A stretch of DNA of 64,000 nucleotides from an uncultured Clostridia bacterium. Lineage in GTDB: Bacteria > Bacillota > Clostridia > Lachnospirales > CAG-274. The stretch spans positions 1,638 through 65,637 of the forward strand of contig CANQXR010000011.1 of NCBI GenBank assembly GCA_947627855.1, written 5' to 3'. The notes beneath the pieces are model-generated. The model did not search any database. It saw only the letters and a program-made list of their open reading frames with translations, and was not told the origin of the DNA. Position numbers and translations under genes: made by a program. This document shows positions 31,197 through 42,080 of the stretch, piece by piece (positions within the stretch are counted from its first letter, which is position 1; each line of letters starts with the position of its first letter).

Positions 31197-31783
31197 AAAA
31201 ATCCATCCTTTTTGCAATTATAACCCCATTTTTTAAGCCCTTCGGCAACGGACAGATAAATTTCCGCAATATCGGTCTTACCGGAGCCGAATCTGTGAAG
31301 ACCTGCGGCGTGATTGTGAGAAATTCCCGCTTTTTCATCTGTGCCGAAAATACCTCTGAAATTCCCCCACTTGGCGGAGCCTGGAGTTGTCAAGCCATCG
31401 CATACTCCCTCGCAAAGTCTTACGGCAATATAGCGCACTGCCGGTGAAATGTCTGTAAGGGGGCTTTTGTCACCCTTCAAGCGGTAAAATGCGTCAGCAG
31501 CCCTTGAGCCTGCCCTCATCATAAAATCGGGAACGACCCCGAATACAATATCCATAGTACGGGAGCCTCTGTGGGGTGTTGCAAATGTAACAAGTGACGC
31601 CACATTTTCCGCCATACCAAGGCTTGAAATCATATATCCTGCGTCAGGTCCTCCCTTTGAATGGGCGATTATATTCACCTTTTCAAAGCCACCCTGTGAG
31701 AAATAGCCTTTAAAGTCGTCCCTTGCGCCAAAGCCGTGTACAAGAACTATGGGATATTTTGCCGCGCATCTGTTTGTTGTCAT
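31193..31783 (-). CDS. Small alpha/beta-hydrolase (lipase class 2-like), possibly internally deleted
   Basis: YPIVLVHGFG oxyanion segment, IIAHSKGG nucleophile elbow, ATPHRGS. Only ~17 aa lie between HGFG and the elbow strand, versus ~60 in Bacillus LipA-type enzymes. No signal peptide. Confidence 0.45.
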   Translation of the reverse strand: MTTNRCAAKYPIVLVHGFGARDDFKGYFSQGGFEKVNIIAHSKGGPDAGYMISSLGMAENVASLVTFATPHRGSRTMDIVFGVVPDFMMRAGSRAADAFYRLKGDKSPLTDISPAVRYIAVRLCEGVCDGLTTPGSAKWGNFRGIFGTDEKAGISHNHAAGLHRFGSGKTDIAEIYLSVAEGLKKWGYNCKKDGFL

Positions 31784-31786
31784 ATA

Positions 31787-32857
31787 TCAAAGATTTTCAA
31801 CAATAAGTCTGCCCATTTCCTTTGTGCCGACCTTCTTCATGCCCTCTGAGTAGATGTCGGGCGTCCTGTAACCGAGGTCAAGAACCTTTGTTACTGCGTC
31901 CTCTATCGCCTTTGCCTCTTTATCAAGCTTGAAGCTGTATTTAAGCATCATTGCGCCCGAAAGTATAGTTGCTATGGGATTTGCAATGTCCTTTCCCGCA
32001 ATGTCGGGGGCTGAGCCGTGTACAGGCTCATACATACCAAGACTTCCGTCGCCAAGAGATGCCGATGGGAGCATACCTATCGAGCCTGTCATCTGACTTG
32101 CTTCGTCTGAAAGAATGTCGCCGAATATATTTGAAGTCACCATAACGTCAAAGGTTGACGGGCGCATAATAAGCTGCATAGATGCGTTGTCAACATACAG
32201 ATGGTCAAGTGTAACCTCAGGATAGTCCTCTGCGACCTTATTCACAACGGATCTCCAGAGCCTTGAGGACTCAAGCACGTTCTGCTTGTCCACATTTGTA
32301 AGATGCTTGCCTCTCTGCATAGCTATCTCAAAACCTCTTCTGGCTATTCTTTCAACTTCCTTTTCGGAATATATCTCAACGTCATAGGCAGCCTCGCCCA
32401 TATCTGTCTGCTTTCTGCCCTTTTCGCCGAAATACATACCGCCTGTAAGCTCTCTCACAACCATAATGTCAACGCCGTCTGCCACCAGTTCAGGCTTTAA
32501 CGGACAAGCGTCTGCAAGAGCCTTATGGAGAGTTGCGGGACGAAGGTTTGCATATAAGCCAAGCGCGCCTCTCAGACCCAACAGCGCTCTTTCGGGGCGG
32601 AGATTTCCGGGGAGCGTATCCCACTGCCAGCCGCCTACGGCGCCCAGAAGAACTGAGTCGCTTGCCTTGCATACGTCAATAGTTTCCTGCGGAAGCGGTT
32701 CGCCGAATTTATCTATGGCACAGCCGCCGCCCAGAACATAGGTATATTCAAAAGAATGACCGAATTTTTTACCTACTGCATTAAGAACCTTTATATTTTC
32801 TTCCATAACTTCGGGACCGATTCCGTCCCCTGCCACAACTGCAATTTTGAAATTCAT
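31787..32857 (-). CDS. leuB: 3-isopropylmalate dehydrogenase
   Basis: IAVVAGDGIGPEV, NLRP, MVVRELTGG.YFG, NIFGDILSDEAS, GSAPDIAGK. Confidence 0.95.
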   Translation of the reverse strand: MNFKIAVVAGDGIGPEVMEENIKVLNAVGKKFGHSFEYTYVLGGGCAIDKFGEPLPQETIDVCKASDSVLLGAVGGWQWDTLPGNLRPERALLGLRGALGLYANLRPATLHKALADACPLKPELVADGVDIMVVRELTGGMYFGEKGRKQTDMGEAAYDVEIYSEKEVERIARRGFEIAMQRGKHLTNVDKQNVLESSRLWRSVVNKVAEDYPEVTLDHLYVDNASMQLIMRPSTFDVMVTSNIFGDILSDEASQMTGSIGMLPSASLGDGSLGMYEPVHGSAPDIAGKDIANPIATILSGAMMLKYSFKLDKEAKAIEDAVTKVLDLGYRTPDIYSEGMKKVGTKEMGRLIVENL

Positions 32858-32899
32858 TTTTTCTGTCTCCTATTATAAATTAAAATTCAGATAAAGTAA

Positions 32900-33409
32900 T
32901 TATTTATTTACTCCCAGTTTTACCTTTGTCTGCTCTATAAGACCGCCTGCTGCCATAAGCTCCTGCATAAATTCGGGGAAGGGCTGAGCCTTATATGATC
33001 TGTTCTTTGTAATGTTTGTAATAACGCCTGTGCCGAAGTCTACCTCAACCTTGTCGCCCATTTCAATATCGTCCGCAGCCTCATCGCATTCCAGAATAGG
33101 AAGTCCTATATTTATGGCGTTTCTGTAGAAAATTCTGGCAAAGGTCTTTGCTATAACACAGGAAATACCCGAAGCCTTGATTGCTATGGGGGCGTGTTCT
33201 CTTGAAGAGCCACAGCCGAAATTCTTCTGTGCAACAATTATGTCGCCGTCCTTCACGTTTTCAACAAAATTGACGCTTGAATGTATAGCGTCCTCCATAC
33301 AGTGCTTTGCAAGCTCCTTGGGGTCTGAAGAATTGAGATATCTTGCAGGAATTATAACGTCAGTGTCTATGTTGTCGCCGTATTTAAAAACTTTTCCGCA
33401 CGCTTTCAT
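32900..33409 (-). CDS. leuD: 3-isopropylmalate dehydratase small subunit
   Basis: [26 protein letters not shown]. Confidence 0.9.
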   Translation of the reverse strand: MKACGKVFKYGDNIDTDVIIPARYLNSSDPKELAKHCMEDAIHSSVNFVENVKDGDIIVAQKNFGCGSSREHAPIAIKASGISCVIAKTFARIFYRNAINIGLPILECDEAADDIEMGDKVEVDFGTGVITNITKNRSYKAQPFPEFMQELMAAGGLIEQTKVKLGVNK

Positions 33410-33431
33410 TTTTATTTAACCGCCTTTCTTG

Positions 33432-34691
33432 TCAAGCCTTTTCAGGATTTGTTATTTTGCCGTAAACAGCAGAAGCCGCAGCAACTGCCGGTGAGCATAA
33501 ATATACCTCAGACTGGGGATCGCCCATTCTGCCTATGAAGTTTCTGTTTGTGGTTGAAAGAGCCCTCTCGCCCTTTGCAAGTATACCCATATGTCCGCCA
33601 AGGCACGGTCCGCAGGTTGGTGTTGAAAAAGCGCAGCCTGCTTCAACAAATATTTCCGCAAGCCCTTCCTTTATGCACTGCAGATATATAGCCTGTGTTC
33701 CCGGAAGGATTATACATCTTATTGACGGGTCGATCTTCTTGCCCTTAAGTATTTCAGCCGCAATTTTAAGGTCTGAAAAACGTCCGTTTGTGCATGAGCC
33801 TATTACGACCTGATCTATCTTAAGCCCCTCCGCATCGTCGATCGTCTTTGTGTTTTCGGGAAGATGAGGATAGGACACTGTGGGCTTAAGCTGTGAAAGA
33901 TCTATTTCAATAACCTCGTCATAAACTGCGTCCTCGTCAGCCTCAAAAATCTTATAGGGCTTTACGGAATGCTCCTTCACATATTCTATGGTCTTTTCGT
34001 CAACGGGGAATATGCCGTTTTTGCCGCCTGCCTCGATAGCCATATTTGAAATGGTAAAGCGGTCGTCCATGGTGAGATATTTAAGCCCGTCCCCTGTAAA
34101 TTCCATTGACTTGTAGAGTGCGCCGTCAACGCCTATTTTACCTATTATATGAAGTATAATATCCTTGCCCGACACCCATTTTGCAGGCGTGTTTTTAAGC
34201 ACGAATTTTATTGCAGAGGGAACCTTGAACCACGCAGAGCCGCTTGCCATACCCACTGCCATATCAGTAGAGCCTACGCCTGTTGAGAAAGCGCCGAGAG
34301 CGCCGTATGTGCAGGTGTGTGAGTCTGCGCCTATTATAACATCTCCGGGAACAGCCAGTCCTTTTTCGGGGAGCAGACAATGCTCTATGCCCATCTGACC
34401 TACCTCGAAGTAGTTTACTATCTCCATTTTATGTGAAAATTCACGGACCATTTTGCAGTGCTCCGCCGATTTGATGTCCTTGTTGGGTGTAAAATGGTCG
34501 GGAACGATAGCTATTTTTTCCTTGTCAAAAACCTTGTCGATACCTATTTTATTGAATTCGGTAATTGCAACAGGTGTTGTTACGTCATTTCCCAGAACAA
34601 GGTCAAGCTTTGCTTCTATAAGCTGTCCTGCCTGTACGCTGTCCAGTCCTGCTGCGGCAGCGAGTATTTTTTGAGTCATTGTCATACCCAT
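33432..34691 (-). CDS. leuC: 3-isopropylmalate dehydratase large subunit
   Basis: Aconitase-family motifs: [30 protein letters not shown]. Confidence 0.9.
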   Translation of the reverse strand: MGMTMTQKILAAAAGLDSVQAGQLIEAKLDLVLGNDVTTPVAITEFNKIGIDKVFDKEKIAIVPDHFTPNKDIKSAEHCKMVREFSHKMEIVNYFEVGQMGIEHCLLPEKGLAVPGDVIIGADSHTCTYGALGAFSTGVGSTDMAVGMASGSAWFKVPSAIKFVLKNTPAKWVSGKDIILHIIGKIGVDGALYKSMEFTGDGLKYLTMDDRFTISNMAIEAGGKNGIFPVDEKTIEYVKEHSVKPYKIFEADEDAVYDEVIEIDLSQLKPTVSYPHLPENTKTIDDAEGLKIDQVVIGSCTNGRFSDLKIAAEILKGKKIDPSIRCIILPGTQAIYLQCIKEGLAEIFVEAGCAFSTPTCGPCLGGHMGILAKGERALSTTNRNFIGRMGDPQSEVYLCSPAVAAASAVYGKITNPEKA

Positions 34692-34714
34692 GGTTAGTTA
34701 CCTCCTGTAAAAAA

Positions 34715-36325
34715 TTAATAAAATTGCTTAAGCTTTTCTATTTCCTTAATAAGCTTATATTCTATGGAATCCGTAAGGGCTATAAGGCTTGCCTCGATTA
34801 TGTCCTGAGAAACTCCCACTGTCGACCAGCTGTCCTCCTCATCGGCGGACTCTATAAGCACTCTTACCTTTGACGCCGCCGCCGACCTTGAGTCGAGAAC
34901 TCTTACCTTATAGTCCGTCAGGCGTACAGTGGAAAGCTGAGGATAGAACACCTCAAGGGCACGCCTCAGAGCCTTGTCAAGTGCGTCCACGGGACCCATG
35001 CCCTCTGCGGCTGTAATTTCCGACTTTCCCCTGACCTTTACCTTTATAACAGCCGTAGCCGTTTCTCTCATAAAATCCTCGGCATACTTCACCTCGTCAA
35101 GCTCATACTGACTTACTATCTTGAATGTTTCAAGCTCGAAGAAGGGCTTATATTTGCCTATGGTTTTTCTTATAAGAAGCTCAAAGCCCTGGTCTGCGCC
35201 CTCATACTGATAGCCCAGATATTCCATTTCCTTAAGCTTTTCCATAACCATTTCGCATTCCTTTGAATTTTTCTCAACATAGGGTGCGATTTTCTGTATT
35301 ATGGAAATTATGGTAGATTTTCCGGCAACCTCGCTTGTGAGAAAGCGCCGCCTGTTGCCCACTCTTTCGGGGTCGATATGTTCAAAGCTTTTGGGAGCCT
35401 TTGAAACTCCGTCTATGTGCATTCCGCCCTTGTGCGCAAAGGCATATTTGCCCACAAAAGGCTCTCTCACCGACAGCTTATAGTTTGAAATTTCAGAAAC
35501 CTCCGCCGCCATTCTCGTAAGCATAGACAGATTTCCCTCCGGTATGCACTCAATGCCCAGCTTAACCTGAAGAGCGCCTATCACATTCACAAGACAGGTG
35601 TTTCCACATCTTTCCCCAAAGCCTGTAAATGTGCCCTGTACATGGTCTGCGCCTGCCTTTACGGCGAAAAGGGAATCCGCCACGGCAACTCCGCAGTCAT
35701 TATGACAGTGAATACCCACAGACATACCGAAACTTTCAACAACGTCCTTTGTTATGTCGAAAATCTCATCGGGAAAACAGCCGCCGTTTGTGTCGCAGAG
35801 TGAAAGATGGTCAGCCCCTGCGGATCTTGCGGCTTCAAGGGCTTTAATGGCATATTCCCTGTTGTTTTTATAGCCGTCAAAGAAATGCTCGGCGTCAAAA
35901 AAGACCTCCTTGCCCTTGTCCTTGAAAAAGCGTATTGTATCGTATATCATTGCGAGATTTTCTTCAAGAGTTGTTTTTATAATATCCGTCACATGAAAGT
36001 CCCAAGCCTTGCCGAATATCGCCACGGCAGGTGTTTCGGCTGTAAGAAGTGCCTGCACATTTGCGTCGTCCCTTGTTTTTGTACGACATCTTCTTGTGCT
36101 TCCAAAGGCCACAAGAGTGGAATTTTTAAGGCTTATATCCTTCATTCTTGCGAAAAATTCAGCGTCCTTGGGGTTTGAACCGGGATTTCCGGCTTCTATA
36201 TAGGACACGCCCAGAAGGTCGAGGCTTTTTACAATTTTGAGCTTATCCTCAACAGTGAATGAAATTCCGTTTGACTGAGCGCCGTCCCGAAGTGTGGAAT
36301 CAAAAATCATTATCTTTTTTTCCAC
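34715..36325 (-). CDS. cimA: Citramalate synthase-type member of the 2-isopropylmalate synthase family
   Basis: IFDSTLRDGAQSNGISFTVEDKL...YIEAGNPGSNPKD (LeuA-related/CimA-type N-terminus), HCHND, C-terminal LeuA-dimer regulatory domain. CimA versus LeuA cannot be settled without a search. Confidence 0.8.
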   Translation of the reverse strand: MEKKIMIFDSTLRDGAQSNGISFTVEDKLKIVKSLDLLGVSYIEAGNPGSNPKDAEFFARMKDISLKNSTLVAFGSTRRCRTKTRDDANVQALLTAETPAVAIFGKAWDFHVTDIIKTTLEENLAMIYDTIRFFKDKGKEVFFDAEHFFDGYKNNREYAIKALEAARSAGADHLSLCDTNGGCFPDEIFDITKDVVESFGMSVGIHCHNDCGVAVADSLFAVKAGADHVQGTFTGFGERCGNTCLVNVIGALQVKLGIECIPEGNLSMLTRMAAEVSEISNYKLSVREPFVGKYAFAHKGGMHIDGVSKAPKSFEHIDPERVGNRRRFLTSEVAGKSTIISIIQKIAPYVEKNSKECEMVMEKLKEMEYLGYQYEGADQGFELLIRKTIGKYKPFFELETFKIVSQYELDEVKYAEDFMRETATAVIKVKVRGKSEITAAEGMGPVDALDKALRRALEVFYPQLSTVRLTDYKVRVLDSRSAAASKVRVLIESADEEDSWSTVGVSQDIIEASLIALTDSIEYKLIKEIEKLKQFY

Positions 36326-36486
36326 TTAAATCTTCCTTCCGTATTTAATATTTAATTCTGCGCAAGCTTTGTCTGAAGCAATGCCCCCAATCCTCCCAAA
36401 GACTCGGGGCACAGCTTCAAATAAACGGCATATCCGGCGGGAGCGGTGATAAGCCCCGCTCCGCCATTCTGCCGTCATATATAAAA

Positions 36487-37524
<1,038 letters not shown>

Positions 37525-37540
37525 TTAACCCTTTCGGGCA

Positions 37541-38050
37541 TTAATGGTTGTGTTTATAATTTTTAATGGGATTGCTGCCCCGACAAAGTGCAGTAAGTCC
37601 CGTTCTGACAACTTCGATTATGCCGAAATCCTCCATAAGCATTATAAATGAGTCTATCTTCTGCTGATTTCCCGTCAGCTCCACTGTAAGAGAATCCGCC
37701 GCCACATCTATTATGTTTGCTCTGTAAATGCCTGAAATGGAAACTATTTCCCCTCTTGTTTCGGCGCTGCTTTTTACCTTTATAAGGGAAAGCTCTCTGT
37801 AAACCGCCCGTCTTTCGGACATATTCACAACGCGCCTTACATCTATAAGCTTTTCAACCTGCTTTATGATCTGGTCGATAGAGTTCTCGTCACATATAAC
37901 AACAACGGTTATTCTCGATATAGCCGGATTTTCCGTTTCGCCGACACTGAGAGAATCAATGTTATAGCCACGCCTTGAAAACAGCCCCGTTACACGGCTC
38001 AGAACTCCGGCATGGTTGTCTACAAGAATAGAAAGTACATATCTTTTCAT
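37541..38050 (-). CDS. ilvN: Acetolactate synthase small (regulatory) subunit
   Basis: MKRYVLSILVDNHAGVLSRVTGLFSRRGYNIDSL ACT domain. Start at ATG 38050 behind AAAGAGG; the ORF-track extension to 38119 overlaps the leader terminator. Confidence 0.9.
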   Translation of the reverse strand: MKRYVLSILVDNHAGVLSRVTGLFSRRGYNIDSLSVGETENPAISRITVVVICDENSIDQIIKQVEKLIDVRRVVNMSERRAVYRELSLIKVKSSAETRGEIVSISGIYRANIIDVAADSLTVELTGNQQKIDSFIMLMEDFGIIEVVRTGLTALCRGSNPIKNYKHNH

Positions 38051-38104
38051 ATCTGAAACCTCTTTCGCTGAAATAATACCTGCCAAGCAGTGATTTCCTC
38101 CATA

Positions 38105-38395
38105 ATAAAAAACCCGCACCTATCTATACGAAAGACAGGGACGAGATCAATCGTGGTACCACCCTATTTTATTCCCCAAAGGGGAAACTCTGCTGGTTCA
38201 AACAAACCATCTCCTATAACGGGGATAACCGTCTTTTCTTAATAGGCGAAAGCCGTTCTGAAAAGAAGCTTGTGAGGGATAGCGTTACCGGCTGCCTGCC
38301 GCCTTTCACCTATTTTCTGTAAAGAAAAAACAGCGGCTCTCTGAAAAGCAGCAACAGGTAAAGCCAAATCTCAGTCATTGCTTTTAAATATCTGA
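38105..38395 (-). promoter_or_regulatory. T-box riboswitch leader of the ilv-leu operon
   Basis: Reverse strand contains AAUAGGGUGGUACCACG (complement of 38151..38168), the conserved T-box sequence. It is followed by a terminator cucgucccugucu-N7-agauaggugcggg-UUUUUU (38105..38146). An upstream AGAGAG box and GGUGAAAG element fit Stem I. A CUC-A (Leu) specifier candidate sits near 38274..38277 but is not securely assigned. Confidence 0.8.
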
Positions 38396-38400
38396 TGTAT

Positions 38401-38429
38401 ATTGTAACAAATACCCCTCTGCTTGTCAA
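38401..38429 (-). promoter_or_regulatory. Sigma-A promoter driving the T-box leader (TTGACA-17-TACAAT)
   Basis: Reverse strand TTGACA (38429..38424), 17-nt spacer, TACAAT (38406..38401). Confidence 0.6.
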
Positions 38430-38476
38430 CTGTTTTTTACGGTATGAAAATTTTTTTATTCAAATAACAAAACCTG

Positions 38477-38505
38477 TTGACAACAGGGGCGGAATATGGT
38501 AATAT
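38477..38505 (+). promoter_or_regulatory. Sigma-A promoter of the GntR/ABC operon (TTGACA-17-TAATAT)
   Basis: TTGACA 38477..38482, 17-nt spacer, TAATAT 38500..38505. Confidence 0.55.
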
Positions 38506-38509
38506 TAGT

Positions 38510-38528
38510 GTATTAAAACAATTAATAC
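38510..38528. promoter_or_regulatory. Candidate GntR/YtrA operator palindrome GTATTAA-N5-TTAATAC
   Basis: Perfect 7-bp inverted repeat just downstream of the -10. Has the GT...AC character typical of GntR-family operators. Confidence 0.35.
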
Positions 38529-38562
38529 AGTTAATGCAGTCAGTACAGTTGGAGGTGAGATT

Positions 38563-38937
38563 TTGATAATTCTCGATTATAAGGACAAGCGTCCTATTTT
38601 TGAACAGGTTACTGAAAAGCTAAAACGGCTAATATGCAAGGGAGTCATCGCCCCCGAAGAAAAGCTTCCCTCAGTAAGGAATATGGCGGTGGAGCTTTCC
38701 ATAAACCCAAACACTATTTCAAGGGCTTATCAGCAGCTTGAAGGCGAGGGCTACATATACTCCGTAAAAGGCAAGGGCAGCTTTGTCGCCGCCGAAGAAG
38801 AAATAATGCGTCTTAAGTGTTCCGAATATAAACACGCCCTTGGGGCTATCATATCAGACGGAAAGGCGCAGGGTTTTTCGGCGCAGGACATAATCAACTT
38901 GATAAATGAAACAGTAAAGGAGGTTTATAATGATTAA
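38563..38937 (+). CDS. GntR-family transcriptional regulator, YtrA subfamily (short C-terminus)
   Basis: LPSVRNMAVELSINPNTISRAYQQLEGEGYI wHTH. 124 aa; followed by an ABC ATPase with an 8-nt overlap. Confidence 0.85.
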   Translation: MIILDYKDKRPIFEQVTEKLKRLICKGVIAPEEKLPSVRNMAVELSINPNTISRAYQQLEGEGYIYSVKGKGSFVAAEEEIMRLKCSEYKHALGAIISDGKAQGFSAQDIINLINETVKEVYND

Positions 38938-39832
38938 ACTGAGAAATATTTCAAAAAGCTTCGGCGAGGTAAAAGCCCTCTCGGACGTCACCCTCGATAT
39001 AGAGGACGCAACGGTGTTCGGGCTTATAGGCACAAACGGAGCCGGCAAAAGCACACTTATAAGGATACTCGCAGGAATTTATAAGCAGGACAGGGGAGAA
39101 GCGCAAATAGATGGGGAAACTATTTTTGAAAAGCCCGAAGTGAAATCGAAATTCTTTCTGATACCCGATGAGGCATACTTTTTCAAAAATGCAACGCCTG
39201 TTTCCGTAGGCAGCTATTACAGAACCATATATAAAAACTTTGATATGGAAAGATATATAAGCCTTCTGAACAGGTTTTCCCTTGAGCCGAAGCGCAAGAT
39301 AACCACCTTTTCAAAGGGTATGAAAAAACAGGTTTCCGTAATTGCGGCAATATGTTCAAATGTAAAATATATATACTGTGACGAAACCTTTGACGGACTT
39401 GACCCCGTAATGCGTCAGGCGGTAAAGAGCCTTTTTGCCGATGAAATGGAAACAAGAGGGCTAACTCCCATAATGGCGTCCCACAATTTAAGGGAGCTTG
39501 AGGACATTTGCGACAATATAGGCTATCTCCACAAGGGCGGCGTTCTTCTGTCGTCAAGCCTGAACGACCTCAAGCTTGGCATATGCAAAATACAGATCGT
39601 TCCGAAAGAGGGCTGTGACATACTGTCGGTATTTTCCGGCTATAAAATATATAAGCGTGAAAAAAGAGGTACTCTTGTGACGCTCACTATAAAAGGCTCA
39701 CAGTCTGAGGTCGAAGAAATAGCCTCCTCCGTTTCACCTGTGTTCTATGAGGTTCTTCCTCTTTCTCTTGAAGAAATCTTCATAACCGAAGCGGAATCAA
39801 ACGGCTATTCCATAGACAAGCTTATATTGTAA
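38930..39832 (+). CDS. ABC transporter ATP-binding protein (ABC-2 type)
   Basis: Walker A GTNGAGKST, signature FSKGMKKQ, Walker B IYCDETFDGLD. Confidence 0.9.
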   Translation: MIKLRNISKSFGEVKALSDVTLDIEDATVFGLIGTNGAGKSTLIRILAGIYKQDRGEAQIDGETIFEKPEVKSKFFLIPDEAYFFKNATPVSVGSYYRTIYKNFDMERYISLLNRFSLEPKRKITTFSKGMKKQVSVIAAICSNVKYIYCDETFDGLDPVMRQAVKSLFADEMETRGLTPIMASHNLRELEDICDNIGYLHKGGVLLSSSLNDLKLGICKIQIVPKEGCDILSVFSGYKIYKREKRGTLVTLTIKGSQSEVEEIASSVSPVFYEVLPLSLEEIFITEAESNGYSIDKLIL

Positions 39833-39844
39833 AGGAGGTTTATT

Positions 39845-41974
39845 ATGAAAGTATTTTTGAACTTGCTGAAAAAAGAGCTTAAACTGAATATGGGCTTTGG
39901 CATTCTTGCCTTTTTATACATATTTTTTCTGCGCTTTCTTACCTATATGGCGATAATTTCGGAGTGTATAGACAGATATGCCAAAGAACCCGAATACTCA
40001 ACAAACCCAAGTATTGTGGCAGGGCAATATATAGGCACTTCAAGCTTTACGCATATGTGCGCCGTAATCACTCTCGGCGGACTGTTTGCCATACTTTTCG
40101 CCCACTATCTCCATGTAAGGAAAACAGTGGATTTCTACCATTCTATGCCATTTAAGAAAACAACTGTTTTCGGCGCAAAATATCTCTGCGGAATAATTTT
40201 CTTTGCAGCGGTCTATTCTTCGAACACGATACTTATGCTTATAGGAACGGCTTATATGGGGCTTTTAACTCCTCATCTCATATATGTGGGATTTATGACG
40301 TTTTTAAACGCTCTTCTGGGCTTCTGCCTTATATATTCCATAACAATGCTTGCGGGACTTCTCACGGCAACGGTTATAACCCATATAGTACTGGCAGGTA
40401 TATTTACCTATATAATACCCCTTGTGATATTACTTGTTGATGGATGGTTTGAAACGTTTTTCATTACATTTTACTCAACTCTGGACAACGCCGTATATGT
40501 AAGAACCTCCCACTTAGCCTACTTCGTAGCTTCCTGCGCCGAAAACAAGGCTTTAAGTCTTTTGTGTATGCTTGCAGCTTCGGCAATATTTACGGTTATA
40601 TGCTTCGGGGTATGCAAAATAAGAAGGTCGGAGGCAACCGAAACGGCTCTCGCATTTGAAAGGCTCATATCTCCCCTGAGAATATTTTTCTCCGTTGTGC
40701 TGGGAGTTACAGGCGGCTTTATATTCCGTGAAATGTTCGGACACTTAAACGGAGAAGTTGTGTTTACAGTAAGTATGCTTGTAATATCCGTCATATCCTC
40801 TGTCATAATTGAAGTAATATTCCGGCTCGACTTTACGGCGGCGCTGAAAAACAAAAAATGTATAGTCATTACTGCGGCAATATGTGCGGCTATGATTTTT
40901 GTCACATTTGTGGGAGCTAAAAGCTATAATTCATATGTTCCCTCCGAAAACAGAATATCAAGCGCCGCAATATCCATAAGCCGTTTCCGCTCAGACGAGG
41001 ACTTCAGGACACCTTTGCCTTCCGACGAATACGAAAGATATCTGACTGCGGCAAATGACTATAACGGCGAAAAATTGTATGGGTATAACAGCGATGGCGA
41101 CAAAATCATATTGGACAATATGAACATAACCGACACCGCCCTCATAAGAGATTTTCTCACTGCGGCAGCCGAAGAATACGATAACCACCTCTTTACCGAG
41201 CCGGAAAACACAGACGACATATATACGTATGTTCTTGTAAAATGTACTCTTGCAAGCGGCAGAGCCTATTACAGAAATTATTATGTAGACTTTGACAAAA
41301 ACGTGGAAATATTCAGAAGACTTGTGGATTCTCAGGAGTATAAGGAGGGCTTCTGGACGAATATATATAATATGGATCCCGATGAGATAAAACATATAGA
41401 TATAGACAATTCATTTACATTCCATAATTCACAGTCATCTGACATAGATCCATCTATGGCTGAAAAGCTTACAGAGGCGCTTAAAACAGACTATAAAACC
41501 ATAACTCTCGACCAACTGACAGACGTTTCGCCCATAGCGAGAATACGCTATTACAACAAAAAGTTTGGCGATAATAATTATAACTGGGATATATATAATT
41601 CAGGCTCGGTATTTATATATTCCTCATTCAGAAACACCATAGAGCTTCTTAAGGAGCTTGGCTTCAGGGAATATACAGATGAGGAAATAATAGCAAATAT
41701 AAAGCAGATAGGTGTGTATGGTTCTGATATATCGCCGTCAGAGGAAAATCTCTTTACCTCAAGAAACGATATAGAGCAGATTTATCCCTATATGATGTCT
41801 CTGCTGTCAAGATCCCTCTATAACAGCAATATTTATCTCGATGTCTACACCTATGCCGATGCATCGGAAAATAAAGAATACAGATACGAAGCTGAAACCA
41901 CAGATACATACAGTGTGTCTGTCAGTAATAAAAACGGTCTGCCGGACTGTTTAAAGAAGTATATGAAAAATTGA
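39845..41974 (+). CDS. Large polytopic membrane protein (about 10 predicted TM helices, by eye) with ~350-aa C-terminal soluble domain; presumed permease partner
   Basis: Strong RBS AAGGAGG. Hydrophobic segments occupy the first ~350 aa, then a hydrophilic Asp/Tyr/Asn-rich domain. No recognisable family. Confidence 0.55.
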   Translation: MKVFLNLLKKELKLNMGFGILAFLYIFFLRFLTYMAIISECIDRYAKEPEYSTNPSIVAGQYIGTSSFTHMCAVITLGGLFAILFAHYLHVRKTVDFYHSMPFKKTTVFGAKYLCGIIFFAAVYSSNTILMLIGTAYMGLLTPHLIYVGFMTFLNALLGFCLIYSITMLAGLLTATVITHIVLAGIFTYIIPLVILLVDGWFETFFITFYSTLDNAVYVRTSHLAYFVASCAENKALSLLCMLAASAIFTVICFGVCKIRRSEATETALAFERLISPLRIFFSVVLGVTGGFIFREMFGHLNGEVVFTVSMLVISVISSVIIEVIFRLDFTAALKNKKCIVITAAICAAMIFVTFVGAKSYNSYVPSENRISSAAISISRFRSDEDFRTPLPSDEYERYLTAANDYNGEKLYGYNSDGDKIILDNMNITDTALIRDFLTAAAEEYDNHLFTEPENTDDIYTYVLVKCTLASGRAYYRNYYVDFDKNVEIFRRLVDSQEYKEGFWTNIYNMDPDEIKHIDIDNSFTFHNSQSSDIDPSMAEKLTEALKTDYKTITLDQLTDVSPIARIRYYNKKFGDNNYNWDIYNSGSVFIYSSFRNTIELLKELGFREYTDEEIIANIKQIGVYGSDISPSEENLFTSRNDIEQIYPYMMSLLSRSLYNSNIYLDVYTYADASENKEYRYEAETTDTYSVSVSNKNGLPDCLKKYMKN

Positions 41975-41983
41975 TTTTAATGG

Positions 41984-42016
41984 CCTTTCCGCAGGAGCTG
42001 CGGAAAGGTTTTTTTT
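41984..42016 (+). terminator. Rho-independent terminator of the GntR/ABC operon
   Basis: cctttccgcag-gag-ctgcggaaagg followed by tttttttt. Confidence 0.75.
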
Positions 42017-42031
42017 GCGGCGAAACGCCGC

Positions 42032-42063
42032 AAAAAAAAACAGCCGCCCGTAATGGGCGGCTG
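42032..42063 (-). terminator. Rho-independent terminator of the sugar-ABC ATPase gene
   Basis: Reverse strand cagccgccc-attac-gggcggctg followed by ttttttttt. Confidence 0.7.
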
Positions 42064-42080
42064 AATGTCGGCTTAAATAA

